Assembly: GCF_051903065.1 (NCBI RefSeq)
Contig: NZ_CP178438.1
Source of the DNA: Escherichia coli
GTDB lineage: Bacteria > Pseudomonadota > Gammaproteobacteria > Enterobacterales > Enterobacteriaceae
Length of the DNA stretch: 64,000 nucleotides
Direction: 5' to 3' (one strand)
Below are positions 10,852-24,105 of the stretch, piece after piece. The notes below the pieces were generated by a model. That model ran no database searches and was not told where the DNA came from. It saw only the letters and a program-made list of their open reading frames with translations. Both the position numbers and the translations under genes were made by a program. The first letter of the stretch is position 1; the number at the start of each line of letters is the position of its first letter.

Positions 10852-12327
10852 ATGGCTAACTACTTCAATACACTGAATCTGCGCCAGCAGCTGGCACAGC
10901 TGGGCAAATGTCGCTTTATGGGCCGCGATGAATTCGCCGATGGCGCGAGCTACCTTCAGGGTAAAAAAGTAGTCATTGTCGGCTGTGGTGCACAAGGTCT
11001 GAACCAGGGCCTGAACATGCGTGATTCTGGTCTCGATATCTCCTACGCTCTGCGTAAAGAAGCGATTGCCGAGAAGCGCGCGTCCTGGCGTAAAGCGACC
11101 GAAAATGGTTTTAAAGTGGGTACTTACGAAGAACTGATCCCACAGGCGGATCTGGTGGTTAACCTGACGCCGGACAAGCAGCACTCTGATGTAGTGCGCA
11201 CCGTACAGCCACTGATGAAAGACGGCGCGGCGCTGGGTTACTCGCACGGTTTCAACATCGTCGAAGTGGGCGAGCAGATCCGTAAAGATATCACCGTAGT
11301 CATGGTTGCGCCGAAATGCCCTGGCACCGAAGTGCGTGAAGAGTACAAACGTGGATTCGGCGTACCGACGCTGATTGCCGTTCACCCGGAAAACGATCCG
11401 AAAGGCGAAGGTATGGCGATCGCTAAAGCATGGGCGGCAGCAACCGGTGGTCACCGTGCGGGCGTGCTGGAATCGTCCTTCGTTGCGGAAGTGAAATCTG
11501 ACCTGATGGGCGAGCAAACCATTCTGTGCGGTATGTTGCAGGCTGGCTCGCTGCTGTGCTTCGACAAGCTGGTGGAAGAAGGCACCGACCCGGCATACGC
11601 AGAAAAACTGATTCAGTTCGGCTGGGAAACCATCACCGAAGCGCTGAAACAGGGCGGCATCACCCTGATGATGGACCGTCTCTCTAACCCGGCGAAACTG
11701 CGTGCTTACGCGCTGTCTGAACAGCTGAAAGAGATCATGGCACCGCTGTTCCAGAAACATATGGATGACATCATCTCCGGCGAATTCTCTTCCGGTATGA
11801 TGGCGGACTGGGCCAACGATGATAAGAAACTGCTGACCTGGCGTGAAGAAACCGGCAAAACCGCGTTTGAAACCGCGCCGCAGTATGAAGGCAAAATCGG
11901 CGAGCAGGAGTACTTCGATAAAGGCGTACTGATGATCGCGATGGTGAAAGCGGGCGTTGAACTGGCGTTCGAAACCATGGTCGATTCCGGCATCATTGAA
12001 GAGTCTGCATATTATGAATCACTGCACGAGCTGCCGCTGATTGCCAACACCATCGCCCGTAAGCGTCTGTACGAAATGAACGTGGTTATCTCTGATACCG
12101 CTGAGTACGGTAACTATCTGTTCTCTTACGCTTGTGTGCCGTTGCTGAAACCGTTTATGGCAGAGCTGCAACCGGGCGACCTGGGTAAAGCTATTCCGGA
12201 AGGCGCGGTAGATAACGCGCAACTGCGTGATGTGAACGAAGCGATTCGCAGCCATGCGATTGAGCAGGTAGGTAAGAAACTGCGCGGCTATATGACAGAT
12301 ATGAAACGCATTGCTGTTGCGGGTTAA
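10852..12327 (+). CDS. ilvC: ketol-acid reductoisomerase
   Basis: ORF 10630-12327; start trimmed to [23 protein letters not shown] (491 aa). Confidence 0.93.
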   Translation: MANYFNTLNLRQQLAQLGKCRFMGRDEFADGASYLQGKKVVIVGCGAQGLNQGLNMRDSGLDISYALRKEAIAEKRASWRKATENGFKVGTYEELIPQADLVVNLTPDKQHSDVVRTVQPLMKDGAALGYSHGFNIVEVGEQIRKDITVVMVAPKCPGTEVREEYKRGFGVPTLIAVHPENDPKGEGMAIAKAWAAATGGHRAGVLESSFVAEVKSDLMGEQTILCGMLQAGSLLCFDKLVEEGTDPAYAEKLIQFGWETITEALKQGGITLMMDRLSNPAKLRAYALSEQLKEIMAPLFQKHMDDIISGEFSSGMMADWANDDKKLLTWREETGKTAFETAPQYEGKIGEQEYFDKGVLMIAMVKAGVELAFETMVDSGIIEESAYYESLHELPLIANTIARKRLYEMNVVISDTAEYGNYLFSYACVPLLKPFMAELQPGDLGKAIPEGAVDNAQLRDVNEAIRSHAIEQVGKKLRGYMTDMKRIAVAG

Positions 12328-12343
12328 TAGCGATTCAGAGTTC

Positions 12344-12368
12344 AAGGCCTTCTCCTGGAGAAGGCCTT
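12344..12368. terminator. bidirectional terminator hairpin (ilvC / ppiC)
   Basis: perfect palindrome aaggccttctcctggagaaggcctt between convergent genes. Confidence 0.7.
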
Positions 12369-12372
12369 ACTG

Positions 12373-12678
<306 letters not shown>

Positions 12679-12852
12679 TCAGGCGGCGATTTTAGCATGA
12701 TCCGCAGATGCTAACGTAATTGTCAGTCAGGGAGGGGCTGGTACATATATGGCAAAAGCCCGGAAAATCCGGGCTTCGCAGGTCCCTCAAGGGGAGAAAA
12801 CTTAGGGCCTCTATGGGCTACAAAGTCATTATCGGGGATGGTGATTTTATTG

Positions 12853-13344
12853 TCAATTTATGAGCGATATGGCATTGATTGACTTGATGACCGCCCTCTG
12901 TATGTCTGCAACCAACTCATGTGGCAAACATTGATTAAGATACCCTCTGTAAGTTCTTGCTCTGTTTAATCTGTTTCGACTGACTTGTTGTACCAGGTCG
13001 GCTTTGGCCCAACGAATCTGCTGATCAAAGAATTGCAGGTCATTGATAACATTACTGGCTATTTCAACATGCATTCCACGTTTTAACTTGTCATGGTCGC
13101 GAGTGGTTGATAATGGAACGACAATACATGCGTTGCCATTAATTTTTCCGTTGAGCACGACAACTAACCTGTTTTTTATCATTTCAGGAGGAATGCGGCC
13201 ATCGTAATACGTCGTGCTGAACGGTCCATTTTGGCTAACAGGATAGTTACCAAAGTTGCATTTCAGTATTTCACCAACCTTAGGGCTGAAATTAATCGCC
13301 ACGAGTAAACCTCTCCTTAGTAAACTCTGAAAAAGTAATAACAC
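12853..13344 (-). CDS. PemK/MazF-like toxin-fold protein (yifN-like); start uncertain
   Basis: 163-aa ORF with PemK-like segments (GEILKCNFG..., LVVVLNGK..., ACIVVPLSTT, C-terminal ...RNRLNRARTYRGYLNQCLPHELV...); no adjacent antitoxin ORF of 60 aa or more. Confidence 0.6.
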   Translation of the reverse strand: MLLLFQSLLRRGLLVAINFSPKVGEILKCNFGNYPVSQNGPFSTTYYDGRIPPEMIKNRLVVVLNGKINGNACIVVPLSTTRDHDKLKRGMHVEIASNVINDLQFFDQQIRWAKADLVQQVSRNRLNRARTYRGYLNQCLPHELVADIQRAVIKSINAISLIN

Positions 13345-13518
13345 AACGTTACGACCCGATATTTTCTAAGCCTAATGGATTCACGATGAACTCCGGTTTC
13401 GGTCTTCCCTCTCTGATTTAAACATCCGCAGCCAACCGGTTAGCGGCTTACACGCGGTCACATTCAAATGCGATTCTGCTACAATCCTCCCCCCGTTCGA
13501 AGATTGAGCAATACACCT

Positions 13519-15540
13519 ATGCGTCTAAACCCCGGCCAACAACAAGCTGTCGAATTCGTTACCGGCCCCTGCCTGGTGCTGGCGGGCGCGGGTTCCGGTA
13601 AAACTCGTGTTATCACCAATAAAATCGCCCATCTGATCCGCGGTTGCGGTTATCAGGCGCGGCACATTGCGGCGGTGACCTTTACTAATAAAGCAGCGCG
13701 CGAGATGAAAGAGCGTGTAGGGCAGACGCTGGGGCGCAAAGAGGCGCGTGGGCTGATGATCTCCACTTTCCATACGTTGGGGCTGGATATCATCAAACGC
13801 GAGTATGCGGCGCTTGGGATGAAAGCGAACTTCTCGTTGTTTGACGATACCGATCAGCTTGCTTTGCTTAAAGAGTTGACCGAGGGGCTGATTGAAGATG
13901 ACAAAGTTCTCCTGCAACAACTGATTTCGACCATCTCTAACTGGAAGAACGATCTCAAAACTCCGGCGCAGGCGGCGGCAGAGGCAAAGGGCGAGCGGGA
14001 TCGTATTTTTGCCCATTGTTATGGGCTGTATGATGCACACCTGAAAGCCTGTAACGTTCTCGACTTCGATGACCTGATTTTATTGCCGACGTTGCTGCTG
14101 CAACGCAATGAAGAAGTACGCGAACGCTGGCAGAACAAAATTCGCTACCTGCTGGTGGATGAGTATCAGGACACCAACACCAGCCAGTATGAACTGGTGA
14201 AACTGCTGGTGGGCAGCCGCGCGCGCTTTACCGTGGTGGGTGACGATGACCAGTCGATCTACTCCTGGCGCGGTGCACGTCCGCAAAACCTGGTGCTGCT
14301 GAGTCAGGATTTTCCGGCGCTGAAGGTGATTAAGCTTGAGCAGAACTATCGCTCTTCCGGGCGTATTCTGAAAGCGGCGAACATCCTGATCGCCAATAAC
14401 CCGCACGTCTTTGAAAAGCGTCTGTTCTCCGAACTGGGTTACGGCACAGAGCTAAAAGTTTTAAGCGCGAATAACGAAGAACATGAAGCCGAGCGCGTCA
14501 CTGGTGAACTGATTGCGCATCACTTCGTCAATAAAACGCAGTACAAAGATTACGCCATTCTTTATCGCGGCAACCATCAGTCGCGGGTATTTGAAAAATT
14601 CCTGATGCAAAACCGCATCCCGTACAAAATATCTGGTGGCACGTCGTTCTTCTCCCGTCCGGAAATCAAGGACTTGCTGGCTTATCTGCGCGTACTGACT
14701 AACCCGGATGATGACAGCGCGTTTTTGCGGATCGTTAACACGCCGAAGCGAGAGATTGGCCCGGCGACGCTGAAAAAGTTGGGTGAATGGGCGATGACGC
14801 GCAATAAAAGCATGTTTACCGCCAGCTTTGATATGGGATTGAGTCAGACGCTTAGCGGACGTGGTTATGAGGCGTTGACCCGCTTTACTCACTGGCTGGC
14901 AGAAATCCAGCGTCTGGCGGAGCGGGAGCCGATTGCCGCGGTGCGCGATCTGATCCACGGCATGGATTATGAATCCTGGCTATACGAAACATCGCCCAGC
15001 CCGAAAGCTGCCGAAATGCGCATGAAGAACGTCAACCAACTGTTTAGCTGGATGACGGAGATGCTGGAAGGCAGCGAACTGGATGAGCCGATGACGCTCA
15101 CCCAGGTGGTGACGCGCTTTACTTTGCGCGACATGATGGAGCGCGGCGAGAGTGAGGAAGAGCTGGATCAGGTGCAACTGATGACTCTCCACGCGTCGAA
15201 AGGGCTGGAGTTTCCTTATGTCTACATGGTCGGTATGGAAGAAGGGTTTTTGCCGCACCAGAGCAGTATCGATGAAGATAATATCGATGAGGAGCGGCGG
15301 CTGGCCTATGTCGGCATTACCCGCGCCCAGAAGGAATTGACCTTTACGCTGTGTAAAGAACGCCGTCAGTACGGCGAACTGGTGCGCCCGGAGCCGAGCC
15401 GCTTTTTGCTGGAGCTGCCGCAGGATGATCTGATTTGGGAACAGGAGCGCAAAGTGGTCAGCGCCGAAGAACGGATGCAGAAAGGGCAAAGCCATCTGGC
15501 GAATCTGAAAGCGATGATGGCGGCAAAACGAGGGAAATAA
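13519..15540 (+). CDS. rep: ATP-dependent DNA helicase Rep
   Basis: ORF 13468-15540; start trimmed to [31 protein letters not shown] (673 aa). Confidence 0.93.
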   Translation: MRLNPGQQQAVEFVTGPCLVLAGAGSGKTRVITNKIAHLIRGCGYQARHIAAVTFTNKAAREMKERVGQTLGRKEARGLMISTFHTLGLDIIKREYAALGMKANFSLFDDTDQLALLKELTEGLIEDDKVLLQQLISTISNWKNDLKTPAQAAAEAKGERDRIFAHCYGLYDAHLKACNVLDFDDLILLPTLLLQRNEEVRERWQNKIRYLLVDEYQDTNTSQYELVKLLVGSRARFTVVGDDDQSIYSWRGARPQNLVLLSQDFPALKVIKLEQNYRSSGRILKAANILIANNPHVFEKRLFSELGYGTELKVLSANNEEHEAERVTGELIAHHFVNKTQYKDYAILYRGNHQSRVFEKFLMQNRIPYKISGGTSFFSRPEIKDLLAYLRVLTNPDDDSAFLRIVNTPKREIGPATLKKLGEWAMTRNKSMFTASFDMGLSQTLSGRGYEALTRFTHWLAEIQRLAEREPIAAVRDLIHGMDYESWLYETSPSPKAAEMRMKNVNQLFSWMTEMLEGSELDEPMTLTQVVTRFTLRDMMERGESEEELDQVQLMTLHASKGLEFPYVYMVGMEEGFLPHQSSIDEDNIDEERRLAYVGITRAQKELTFTLCKERRQYGELVRPEPSRFLLELPQDDLIWEQERKVVSAEERMQKGQSHLANLKAMMAAKRGK

Positions 15541-15543
15541 TCA

Positions 15544-15578
15544 AGGCCGGAAAAGATGCGTCAGCATCGCATCCGGCA
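15544..15578. repeat. REP element
   Basis: gccggaaaagatgcgtcagcatcgcatccggca between convergent rep and gppA; near-identical to the REP at 37139-37178. Confidence 0.7.
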
Positions 15579-15586
15579 TTTACTCA

Positions 15587-17071
15587 TTAATGCACTTCCA
15601 GCGGCCAGTGGACATAGCTCTGCCACTGGCTTTCCTGAGCAATAATCTCTTTACCCAGCGGATGTTGGGTTAGCCAACCTTGCGGAAGCGTCAAGGTCAA
15701 CAGTTCATGGTTAGCCTGTAATGTCATCTCTGGCACGAGATCGTCACGGCGACGGCTGGCAAAAATGATGGCCAGGCGTAGTAAACGGCAGAGTTGTTCT
15801 GCGACGCGCGGCGGTACGGCATTTTGCTGATGCAGCGATGAGAGATCGACCGGATTAGTCTGGTTGAGCAGTAGCGTCGCCAGCAATTTTTTCTGTGCGG
15901 GGGTAAAACCGGGAAGATCCAGATTACGCACCAGATAAGCAGCGTGTTGCGGCGCTTGTTTGAAGTCAACGCTCAGGCCGATTTCATGAAGCTGACAGGC
16001 GCTGATGAGCAAATCGCGGCTTATTGCTTCAAGATGCCATTCGCTTTCCACCTGATCGAAGAAGTTAGCCGCAACTTTGGCTACGCGCTGTGCCTGATCA
16101 ATATCGATCATAAAGCGGCGTTGAATATTACGCAGCGTACGGCTGCGAATATCCTGCTCGACGGCCAGATGCAACATGCCGTAGACCAGGCCTTCACGCA
16201 GCGCACCGCCCGCCAGGGTCATACACTGAATATTCAGTTCGGTAAAAATGGCGATCAGGATCGCCAGACCACTCGGGAACACTAACGCACGCTCCAGCGT
16301 CAGCCCGTCAATCTCCAGTTCCTCCAGCCGACCGCAATGAATGGCTCGCTGTTTCAATTGCTGCAACTTTTCCAGGGTAATGCGTTCATCCATCCCCTGT
16401 GCCATCATGATTTCCTGTAACGCCTGCACGGTGCCGGAAGCACCAACGCACACTTTCCAGCCGTGATACCGTAATTCATCGGCAACCGGACGTAACACTT
16501 CGCGTGCCGCTTTTTCTGCAGCATCAAAATTTTCCTGCCCCAGATTACGATCGGCAAAATAGCGTTCCAGCCAGGTGACGCAGCCCATCGACAGGCTGAA
16601 CAACGAGGTGGTTTGTGCACCCGTGCCGGTTACCAGTTCAGTACTGGCTCCGCCTATATCCACCACCAGGCGCTGATCGGCACCACCAGTGGTGTGAGCA
16701 ACGCCCTGATAAATCAGACGTGCTTCCTCTTCACCGCTGATCACCTGTACCGGACAACCGAGAATTTCCTGCGCTTTGGCAATAAAATCACCCGCATTGA
16801 CGGCAAGGCGTAACGTCGCCGTAGCGACAACGCGAATTTGCGAGGGAGGAATATCTTGCAGACGTTCAGCAAACAGGCGCAAACATTGCCAACCGCGCTC
16901 CATTGCTTCATTGGAGAGGGCATTTTCGCTATTCAGGCCAGCAGCCAGACGCACTTTGCGTTTTATTCGCGTCAGCGTCTGGATGCTTCCAGCCACCTCG
17001 CGCACAACCAGCATATGAAAACTATTCGAACCGAGATCAATGGCTGCATACAGCGACGAGGTGGAACCCAT
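15587..17071 (-). CDS. gppA: guanosine pentaphosphate phosphohydrolase
   Basis: ORF 15587-17080; Ppx/GppA N-terminus ([23 protein letters not shown]); start set at second Met. Confidence 0.9.
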   Translation of the reverse strand: MGSTSSLYAAIDLGSNSFHMLVVREVAGSIQTLTRIKRKVRLAAGLNSENALSNEAMERGWQCLRLFAERLQDIPPSQIRVVATATLRLAVNAGDFIAKAQEILGCPVQVISGEEEARLIYQGVAHTTGGADQRLVVDIGGASTELVTGTGAQTTSLFSLSMGCVTWLERYFADRNLGQENFDAAEKAAREVLRPVADELRYHGWKVCVGASGTVQALQEIMMAQGMDERITLEKLQQLKQRAIHCGRLEELEIDGLTLERALVFPSGLAILIAIFTELNIQCMTLAGGALREGLVYGMLHLAVEQDIRSRTLRNIQRRFMIDIDQAQRVAKVAANFFDQVESEWHLEAISRDLLISACQLHEIGLSVDFKQAPQHAAYLVRNLDLPGFTPAQKKLLATLLLNQTNPVDLSSLHQQNAVPPRVAEQLCRLLRLAIIFASRRRDDLVPEMTLQANHELLTLTLPQGWLTQHPLGKEIIAQESQWQSYVHWPLEVH

Positions 17072-17206
17072 ACTCTTCATCCTTCAATCTGTCTCTGTGT
17101 TGGCTGCATTCTTTCACCTGAATCACTTACTACAGTAAGCTCATCGGGATTCATTCTCTTGCCATCTTGATACAGTTTGAATGATTTTGAGTATGACATT
17201 TTTTAT

Positions 17207-18472
17207 TTAACCTGAACGACGACGATTACGCGGAGCGCCAGTACGACGCGGACCATTGCCTGTGCGCGGGCGCGTGAGGCGCAGCGGTTTTGGCAGATCG
17301 GTCATCAATGCGTCCGGATTGTATTTGCTTACCGGAATTGAGTGACCAATATAGGTCTCAATAGCAGGCAAATTCAATGCATACTCTTCACACGCCAGGC
17401 TAATAGAGTGACCGCTTGCGCCTGCGCGACCTGTACGACCAATACGGTGAACGTAATCTTCACAGTCATCGGGTAAATCGTAGTTAAAGACGTGTGTCAC
17501 TGCAGGAATATGCAAACCACGCGCGGCAACGTCGGTGGCAACCAGAATATCCAGATCGCCACGGGTAAATTCATCAAGAATACGCAGACGTTTTTTCTGC
17601 GCGACATCGCCTGTCAACAAACCGACACGATGACCATCTGCCGCCAGGTGGCCCCAGATCTCTTCACAACGGTGTTTGGTATTGGCGAAAATAATCGCTC
17701 TGTCTGGCCACTCTTCTTCGATCAGCGTTTGCAGCAAACGCATTTTTTCTTCGTTAGAAGGGTAGAAAAGCTCTTCTTTAATACGGTGGCCCGTTTTCTG
17801 TTCCGGTTCCACTTCAATATATTCGGCATTGTTCATCTGCTCGAACGCCAGTTCACGTACCCGGTACGAAAGCGTGGCGGAGAACAGCATGTTGAGGCGC
17901 TGGTTTGCAGGCGGCATACGGCGGAACAGCCAGCGGATATCTTTAATAAAGCCCAGATCGTACATGCGATCGGCTTCGTCCAGTACCACTACCTGAATGG
18001 CACCGAGGTTAATGTGGTTCTGCTTGGCGTAGTCAATTAAACGACCCGTGGTGCCAATCAGAATGTCAACGCCGCTTTCCAGCACTTTCAGCTGTTTGTC
18101 GTAACCATCACCACCGTAAGCCAGACCCAGCTTCAGGCCGGTAGCTTCCGCCAGCGGTTCCGCATCGGCATGGATCTGCACGGCAAGTTCACGCGTCGGT
18201 GCCATAATTAAGGCACGCGGCTGATTCACCTTGCGATCGGCAATCGCAGGATGAGAGAGAAGATAATGAAACGTTGACGTAAGAAACGCCATCGTTTTCC
18301 CGGTACCGGTTTGCGCCTGCCCGGCTACGTCACGACCCGCCAGCGTCAGCGGAAGGGCCAGTGCCTGAATGGGCGTACAGTTATGAAACCCTTTTTTTTC
18401 AAGGGCTTCTACAACCTTCGGATGCAGGGCGAAGTCGGAAAACTTCTGTTCTGTTAAATGTGTTTTGCTCAT
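17207..18472 (-). CDS. rhlB: DEAD-box RNA helicase RhlB
   Basis: 421-aa ORF, Q-motif and [12 protein letters not shown] (VLDEADRM), Arg-rich C-terminus. Confidence 0.93.
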
Positions 18473-18602
18473 AGTGTGGTAGAATATCAGCTTACTATTG
18501 CTTTACGAAAGCGTATCCGGTGAAATAAAGTCAACCTTTAGTTGGTTAATGTTACACCAACAACGAAACCAACACGCCAGGCTTATTCCTGTGGAGTTAT
18601 AT

Positions 18603-18932
18603 ATGAGCGATAAAATTATTCACCTGACTGACGACAGTTTTGACACGGATGTACTCAAAGCGGACGGGGCGATCCTCGTCGATTTCTGGGCAGAGTGGTG
18701 CGGTCCGTGCAAAATGATCGCCCCGATTCTGGATGAAATCGCTGACGAATATCAGGGCAAACTGACCGTTGCAAAACTGAACATCGATCAAAACCCTGGC
18801 ACTGCGCCGAAATATGGCATCCGTGGTATCCCGACTCTGCTGCTGTTCAAAAACGGTGAAGTGGCGGCAACCAAAGTGGGCGCACTGTCTAAAGGTCAGT
18901 TGAAAGAGTTCCTCGACGCTAACCTGGCGTAA
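18603..18932 (+). CDS. trxA: thioredoxin 1
   Basis: ORF 18498-18932 trimmed to [13 protein letters not shown]; WCGPCK active site (109 aa). Confidence 0.95.
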
Positions 18933-19072
18933 GGGAATTTCATGTTCGGGTGCCCCGTCGCTAAAAACTGGACGCCCGGCGTGAGTCATGCTAACTTAGT
19001 GTTGACTTCGTATTAAACATACCTTATTAAGTTTGAATCTTGTAATTTCCAACGCTTCCCATTTTATCTTAA

Positions 19073-19174
19073 ATGCGAAGTGAACAGATTTCTGGCTCGT
19101 CACTCAATCCGTCTTGTCGTTTCAGTTCTGCGTACTCTCCTGTGACCAGGCAGCGAAAAGACATGAGTCGATGA
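19073..19174 (+). CDS. rhoL: rho leader peptide
   Basis: 33-codon ORF MRSEQISGSSLNPSCRFSSAYSPVTRQRKDMSR upstream of rho. Confidence 0.7.
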   Translation: MRSEQISGSSLNPSCRFSSAYSPVTRQRKDMSR

Positions 19175-19258
19175 CCGTAAACAGGCATGGATGATCCTGC
19201 CATACCATTCACAACATTAAGTTCGAGATTTACCCCAAGTTTAAGAACTCACACCACT

Positions 19259-20518
19259 ATGAATCTTACCGAATTAAAGAATACGCCGGTTTCTGAGCTG
19301 ATCACTCTCGGCGAAAATATGGGGCTGGAAAACCTGGCTCGTATGCGTAAGCAGGACATTATTTTTGCCATCCTGAAGCAGCACGCAAAGAGTGGCGAAG
19401 ATATCTTTGGTGATGGCGTACTGGAGATATTGCAGGATGGATTTGGTTTCCTCCGTTCCGCAGACAGCTCCTACCTCGCCGGTCCTGATGACATCTACGT
19501 TTCCCCTAGCCAAATCCGCCGTTTCAACCTCCGCACTGGTGATACCATCTCTGGTAAGATTCGCCCGCCGAAAGAAGGTGAACGCTATTTTGCGCTGCTG
19601 AAAGTTAACGAAGTTAACTTCGACAAACCTGAAAACGCCCGCAACAAAATCCTCTTTGAGAACTTAACCCCGCTGCACGCAAACTCTCGTCTGCGTATGG
19701 AACGTGGTAACGGTTCTACTGAAGATTTAACTGCTCGCGTACTGGATCTGGCATCACCTATCGGTCGTGGTCAGCGTGGTCTGATTGTGGCACCGCCGAA
19801 AGCCGGTAAAACCATGCTGCTGCAGAACATTGCTCAGAGCATTGCTTACAACCACCCGGATTGTGTGCTGATGGTTCTGCTGATCGACGAACGTCCGGAA
19901 GAAGTAACCGAGATGCAGCGTCTGGTAAAAGGTGAAGTTGTTGCTTCTACCTTTGACGAACCCGCATCTCGCCACGTTCAGGTTGCGGAAATGGTGATCG
20001 AGAAGGCGAAACGCCTGGTTGAGCACAAGAAAGACGTTATCATTCTGCTCGACTCCATCACTCGTCTGGCGCGCGCTTACAACACCGTTGTTCCGGCGTC
20101 AGGTAAAGTGTTGACCGGTGGTGTGGACGCCAATGCCCTTCATCGTCCGAAACGCTTCTTTGGTGCGGCGCGTAACGTGGAAGAGGGCGGCAGCCTGACC
20201 ATTATCGCGACGGCGCTTATCGATACCGGTTCTAAAATGGACGAAGTTATCTACGAAGAGTTTAAAGGTACAGGCAACATGGAACTGCACCTCTCTCGTA
20301 AGATCGCTGAAAAACGCGTCTTCCCGGCTATCGACTACAACCGTTCCGGTACCCGTAAAGAAGAGCTGCTCACGACTCAGGAAGAACTGCAGAAAATGTG
20401 GATCCTGCGCAAAATCATTCACCCGATGGGCGAAATCGATGCAATGGAATTCCTCATTAATAAACTGGCAATGACCAAGACCAATGACGATTTCTTCGAA
20501 ATGATGAAACGCTCATAA
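19259..20518 (+). CDS. rho: transcription termination factor Rho
   Basis: ORF 19187-20518 trimmed to [25 protein letters not shown] (419 aa); Walker A APPKAGKT. Confidence 0.95.
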
Positions 20519-20533
20519 ATTTGTCTTATGCCA

Positions 20534-20567
20534 AAAACGCCACGTGTTTACGTGGCGTTTTGCTTTT
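20534..20567 (+). terminator. rho-independent terminator after rho
   Basis: hairpin aacgccacgtgtttacgtggcgtt followed by ttgctttt. Confidence 0.75.
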
Positions 20568-20757
20568 ATATCTGTAATCTTAATGCCGCGCTGGCGATGT
20601 TAGGAAAATTCCTGGAATTTGCTGGCATGTTATGCAATTTGCATATCAAATGGTTAATTTTTGCACAGGACTGGTGGGTTCGGAACGGACTTTCCCTTCT
20701 GAATAAAGGTCTTCGTGGTTATACTTCTGCTAATAATTTTCTCTGAGAGCATGCATT

Positions 20758-21861
20758 GTGAATTTACTGACAGTGAGTACTGATCTCATCAGTATTTTTT
20801 TATTCACGACACTGTTTCTGTTTTTTGCCCGTAAGGTGGCAAAAAAAGTCGGTTTAGTGGATAAACCAAACTTCCGCAAACGTCACCAGGGATTGATACC
20901 TCTCGTTGGGGGGATTTCGGTTTACGCAGGGATTTGCTTCACGTTCGGAATTGTCGATTACTATATTCCGCATGCATCTCTCTATCTCGCTTGTGCCGGT
21001 GTGCTTGTTTTCATTGGCGCGCTGGATGACCGTTTTGATATCAGCGTAAAAATCCGTGCCACCATACAGGCCGCTGTTGGCATTGTTATGATGGTGTTCG
21101 GCAAGCTTTATCTCAGTAGCCTGGGTTATATCTTTGGCTCCTGGGAGATGGTGCTCGGACCGTTTGGTTACTTCCTGACGCTATTTGCCGTCTGGGCGGC
21201 CATTAATGCGTTCAACATGGTTGATGGCATTGATGGCTTGCTGGGCGGGTTGTCCTGCGTCTCGTTTGCAGCAATCGGTATGATTTTGTGGTTCGACGGG
21301 CAAACCAGCCTCGCAATCTGGTGCTTTGCGATGATCGCCGCCATCCTGCCATACATCATGCTTAACCTTGGTATCCTGGGTCGCCGCTACAAAGTCTTTA
21401 TGGGTGATGCGGGCAGTACGCTGATTGGTTTTACCGTGATCTGGATCCTGCTCGAAACGACCCAGGGCAAAACCCATCCCATCAGCCCGGTTACCGCTTT
21501 GTGGATAATCGCCATTCCGCTAATGGATATGGTGGCGATTATGTACCGTCGCCTGCGTAAAGGCATGAGCCCATTCTCTCCTGACCGTCAGCATATTCAC
21601 CATTTGATCATGCGTGCCGGGTTTACTTCCCGCCAGGCGTTTGTGCTGATTACCCTTGCCGCAGCACTGCTCGCTTCCATTGGCGTGCTGGCAGAATATT
21701 CTCATTTTGTCCCGGAGTGGGTCATGCTGGTGCTCTTTTTGCTAGCATTCTTCCTCTATGGATATTGCATTAAGCGTGCCTGGAAAGTTGCTCGCTTTAT
21801 TAAGCGCGTAAAACGCAGACTGCGTAGAAATCGTGGTGGCAGCCCCAATTTAACCAAATAA
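20758..21861 (+). CDS. wecA: UDP-GlcNAc:undecaprenyl-phosphate GlcNAc-1-phosphate transferase
   Basis: 367-aa polytopic membrane ORF with NMVDGIDGL motif. Confidence 0.92.
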   Translation: MNLLTVSTDLISIFLFTTLFLFFARKVAKKVGLVDKPNFRKRHQGLIPLVGGISVYAGICFTFGIVDYYIPHASLYLACAGVLVFIGALDDRFDISVKIRATIQAAVGIVMMVFGKLYLSSLGYIFGSWEMVLGPFGYFLTLFAVWAAINAFNMVDGIDGLLGGLSCVSFAAIGMILWFDGQTSLAIWCFAMIAAILPYIMLNLGILGRRYKVFMGDAGSTLIGFTVIWILLETTQGKTHPISPVTALWIIAIPLMDMVAIMYRRLRKGMSPFSPDRQHIHHLIMRAGFTSRQAFVLITLAAALLASIGVLAEYSHFVPEWVMLVLFLLAFFLYGYCIKRAWKVARFIKRVKRRLRRNRGGSPNLTK

Positions 21862-21869
21862 ATGAGGAT

Positions 21870-22919
21870 GTGATGACACAACCAATGCCTGGGAAACCGG
21901 CCGAAGACGCTGAAAATGAACTGGATATTCGTGGGTTGTTTCGTACCTTGTGGGCTGGGAAGCTATGGATTATTGGCATGGGGCTGGCGTTTGCGTTAAT
22001 CGCGCTGGCGTATACGTTTTTTGCTCGTCAGGAGTGGAGCTCGACGGCGATTACCGATCGTCCAACGGTGAATATGCTGGGGGGATATTACTCGCAGCAG
22101 CAATTTTTGCGTAACCTGGATGTCCGTTCAAACATGGCTTCTGCCGACCAACCATCAGTCATGGACGAAGCCTATAAAGAGTTTGTTATGCAACTGGCCT
22201 CGTGGGATACCCGCAGAGAGTTCTGGCTGCAAACCGACTATTACAAGCAGCGGATGGTGGGCAACAGCAAAGCCGATGCGGCGTTGCTGGATGAAATGAT
22301 TAACAACATCCAGTTTATCCCCGGAGACTTTACCCGCGCGGTCAATGACAGCGTGAAGCTTATTGCCGAAACCGCGCCTGACGCTAATAACCTGTTACGT
22401 CAGTATGTTGCTTTTGCCAGCCAGCGTGCAGCCAGCCATCTGAATGATGAGCTGAAAGGCGCATGGGCGGCACGCACCATCCAGATGAAAGCTCAGGTGA
22501 AGCGTCAGGAAGAGGTGGCGAAAGCCATCTACGACCGCCGGATGAACAGCATTGAGCAGGCGCTGAAAATTGCTGAGCAGCATAATATTTCGCGCAGTGC
22601 GACAGATGTGCCTGCCGAGGAATTACCTGATTCAGAAATGTTCCTGCTTGGGCGTCCAATGCTCCAGGCTCGACTGGAAAATTTACAGGCCGTCGGTCCG
22701 GCCTTTGATCTCGACTATGATCAGAATCGGGCCATGTTAAACACCCTGAATGTTGGTCCAACCCTGGATCCGCGTTTTCAGACCTATCGCTATTTGCGTA
22801 CGCCGGAAGAACCGGTAAAACGCGATAGCCCACGTCGTGCCTTCCTGATGATTATGTGGGGCATTGTCGGGGGGCTGATCGGGGCTGGTGTCGCATTAAC
22901 CCGCCGTTGCTCGAAATAG
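21870..22919 (+). CDS. wzzE: ECA polysaccharide chain-length determinant
   Basis: 349-aa ORF, N- and C-terminal TM segments flanking a coiled-coil periplasmic domain. Confidence 0.9.
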   Translation: MMTQPMPGKPAEDAENELDIRGLFRTLWAGKLWIIGMGLAFALIALAYTFFARQEWSSTAITDRPTVNMLGGYYSQQQFLRNLDVRSNMASADQPSVMDEAYKEFVMQLASWDTRREFWLQTDYYKQRMVGNSKADAALLDEMINNIQFIPGDFTRAVNDSVKLIAETAPDANNLLRQYVAFASQRAASHLNDELKGAWAARTIQMKAQVKRQEEVAKAIYDRRMNSIEQALKIAEQHNISRSATDVPAEELPDSEMFLLGRPMLQARLENLQAVGPAFDLDYDQNRAMLNTLNVGPTLDPRFQTYRYLRTPEEPVKRDSPRRAFLMIMWGIVGGLIGAGVALTRRCSK

Positions 22920-22974
22920 CAACACTGCTGCGGTGAGCGCAAAGTCGCTCGCCGCTTATTCGAAGAGAATCGAT

Positions 22975-24105
22975 GTGAAAGTACTGACTGTATTTGGTAC
23001 GCGCCCGGAAGCCATCAAGATGGCTCCGTTGGTGCATGCGTTGGCAAAAGATCCTTTTTTTGAGGCTAAAGTTTGCGTCACTGCGCAGCATCGGGAGATG
23101 CTCGATCAGGTGCTGAAACTCTTTTCCATTGTACCTGACTACGATCTCAACATAATGCAGCCAGGACAGGGCCTGACAGAGATAACCTGTCGGATTCTGG
23201 AAGGGCTAAAACCTATTCTTGCCGAGTTCAAACCAGACGTCGTGCTGGTTCACGGCGACACAACGACGACGCTGGCAACCAGCCTGGCGGCGTTTTATCA
23301 GCGTATTCCTGTTGGTCACGTTGAGGCTGGTTTACGCACGGGCGATCTCTATTCGCCGTGGCCGGAAGAGGCTAACCGTACATTGACCGGGCATCTGGCG
23401 ATGTATCATTTCTCTCCAACCGAAACTTCCCGGCAAAACTTGCTGCGTGAAAACGTTGCAGATAGCCGAATCTTCATTACCGGTAATACAGTCATTGATG
23501 CACTGTTATGGGTGCGTGACCAGGTGATGAGCAGCGACACGCTGCGTTCAGAACTTGCGGCAAATTACCCGTTTATCGACCCCGATAAAAAGATGATTCT
23601 GGTGACCGGTCACAGGCGTGAAAGCTTCGGTCGTGGCTTTGAAGAAATCTGCCACGCGCTGGCAGACATCGCCACCACGCACCAGGACATCCAGATTGTC
23701 TATCCGGTGCATCTCAACCCGAACGTCAGAGAGCCGGTCAATCGCATTCTGGGGCATGTGAAAAATGTCATTCTGATCGATCCCCAGGAGTATTTACCGT
23801 TTGTCTGGCTGATGAACCACGCCTGGCTGATTTTGACCGACTCAGGCGGCATTCAGGAAGAAGCGCCTTCGCTGGGGAAACCGGTGCTGGTGATGCGCGA
23901 TACCACTGAGCGTCCGGAAGCGGTGACGGCGGGTACGGTGCGTCTGGTAGGCACGGATAAGCAGCGAATTGTCGAGGAAGTGACGCGTCTTTTAAAAGAC
24001 GAAAACGAATATCAAACTATGAGCCGCGCCCATAACCCGTATGGTGATGGTCAGGCATGCTCTCGCATTCTGGAAGCGTTAAAAAATAATCGGATATCAC
24101 TATGA
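22975..24105 (+). CDS. wecB: UDP-N-acetylglucosamine 2-epimerase
   Basis: ORF 22933-24105; known N-terminus (M)[17 protein letters not shown] begins at a GTG codon at 22975. Confidence 0.9.
   Translation: MKVLTVFGTRPEAIKMAPLVHALAKDPFFEAKVCVTAQHREMLDQVLKLFSIVPDYDLNIMQPGQGLTEITCRILEGLKPILAEFKPDVVLVHGDTTTTLATSLAAFYQRIPVGHVEAGLRTGDLYSPWPEEANRTLTGHLAMYHFSPTETSRQNLLRENVADSRIFITGNTVIDALLWVRDQVMSSDTLRSELAANYPFIDPDKKMILVTGHRRESFGRGFEEICHALADIATTHQDIQIVYPVHLNPNVREPVNRILGHVKNVILIDPQEYLPFVWLMNHAWLILTDSGGIQEEAPSLGKPVLVMRDTTERPEAVTAGTVRLVGTDKQRIVEEVTRLLKDENEYQTMSRAHNPYGDGQACSRILEALKNNRISL

Noticed and set aside
10837-11760. 307-aa minus-strand ORF inside ilvC, with similar long antisense ORFs inside ilvA (8287-8835), rep (13525-14040, 14461-14958, 14980-15495), wecC (24585-25325), aslB (36181-36801), xerC (53497-53979) and uvrD (56630-57151)
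   Set aside because: Each lies wholly inside a well-supported conserved gene on the opposite strand; their low-complexity, Arg/His-rich translations are typical of antisense frames in GC-rich coding DNA.
20528-20746. 72-aa + strand ORF between rho and wecA
   Set aside because: It overlaps the rho terminator hairpin and the AT-rich wecA promoter region, has no RBS context and no recognisable protein features; more likely non-coding regulatory DNA.
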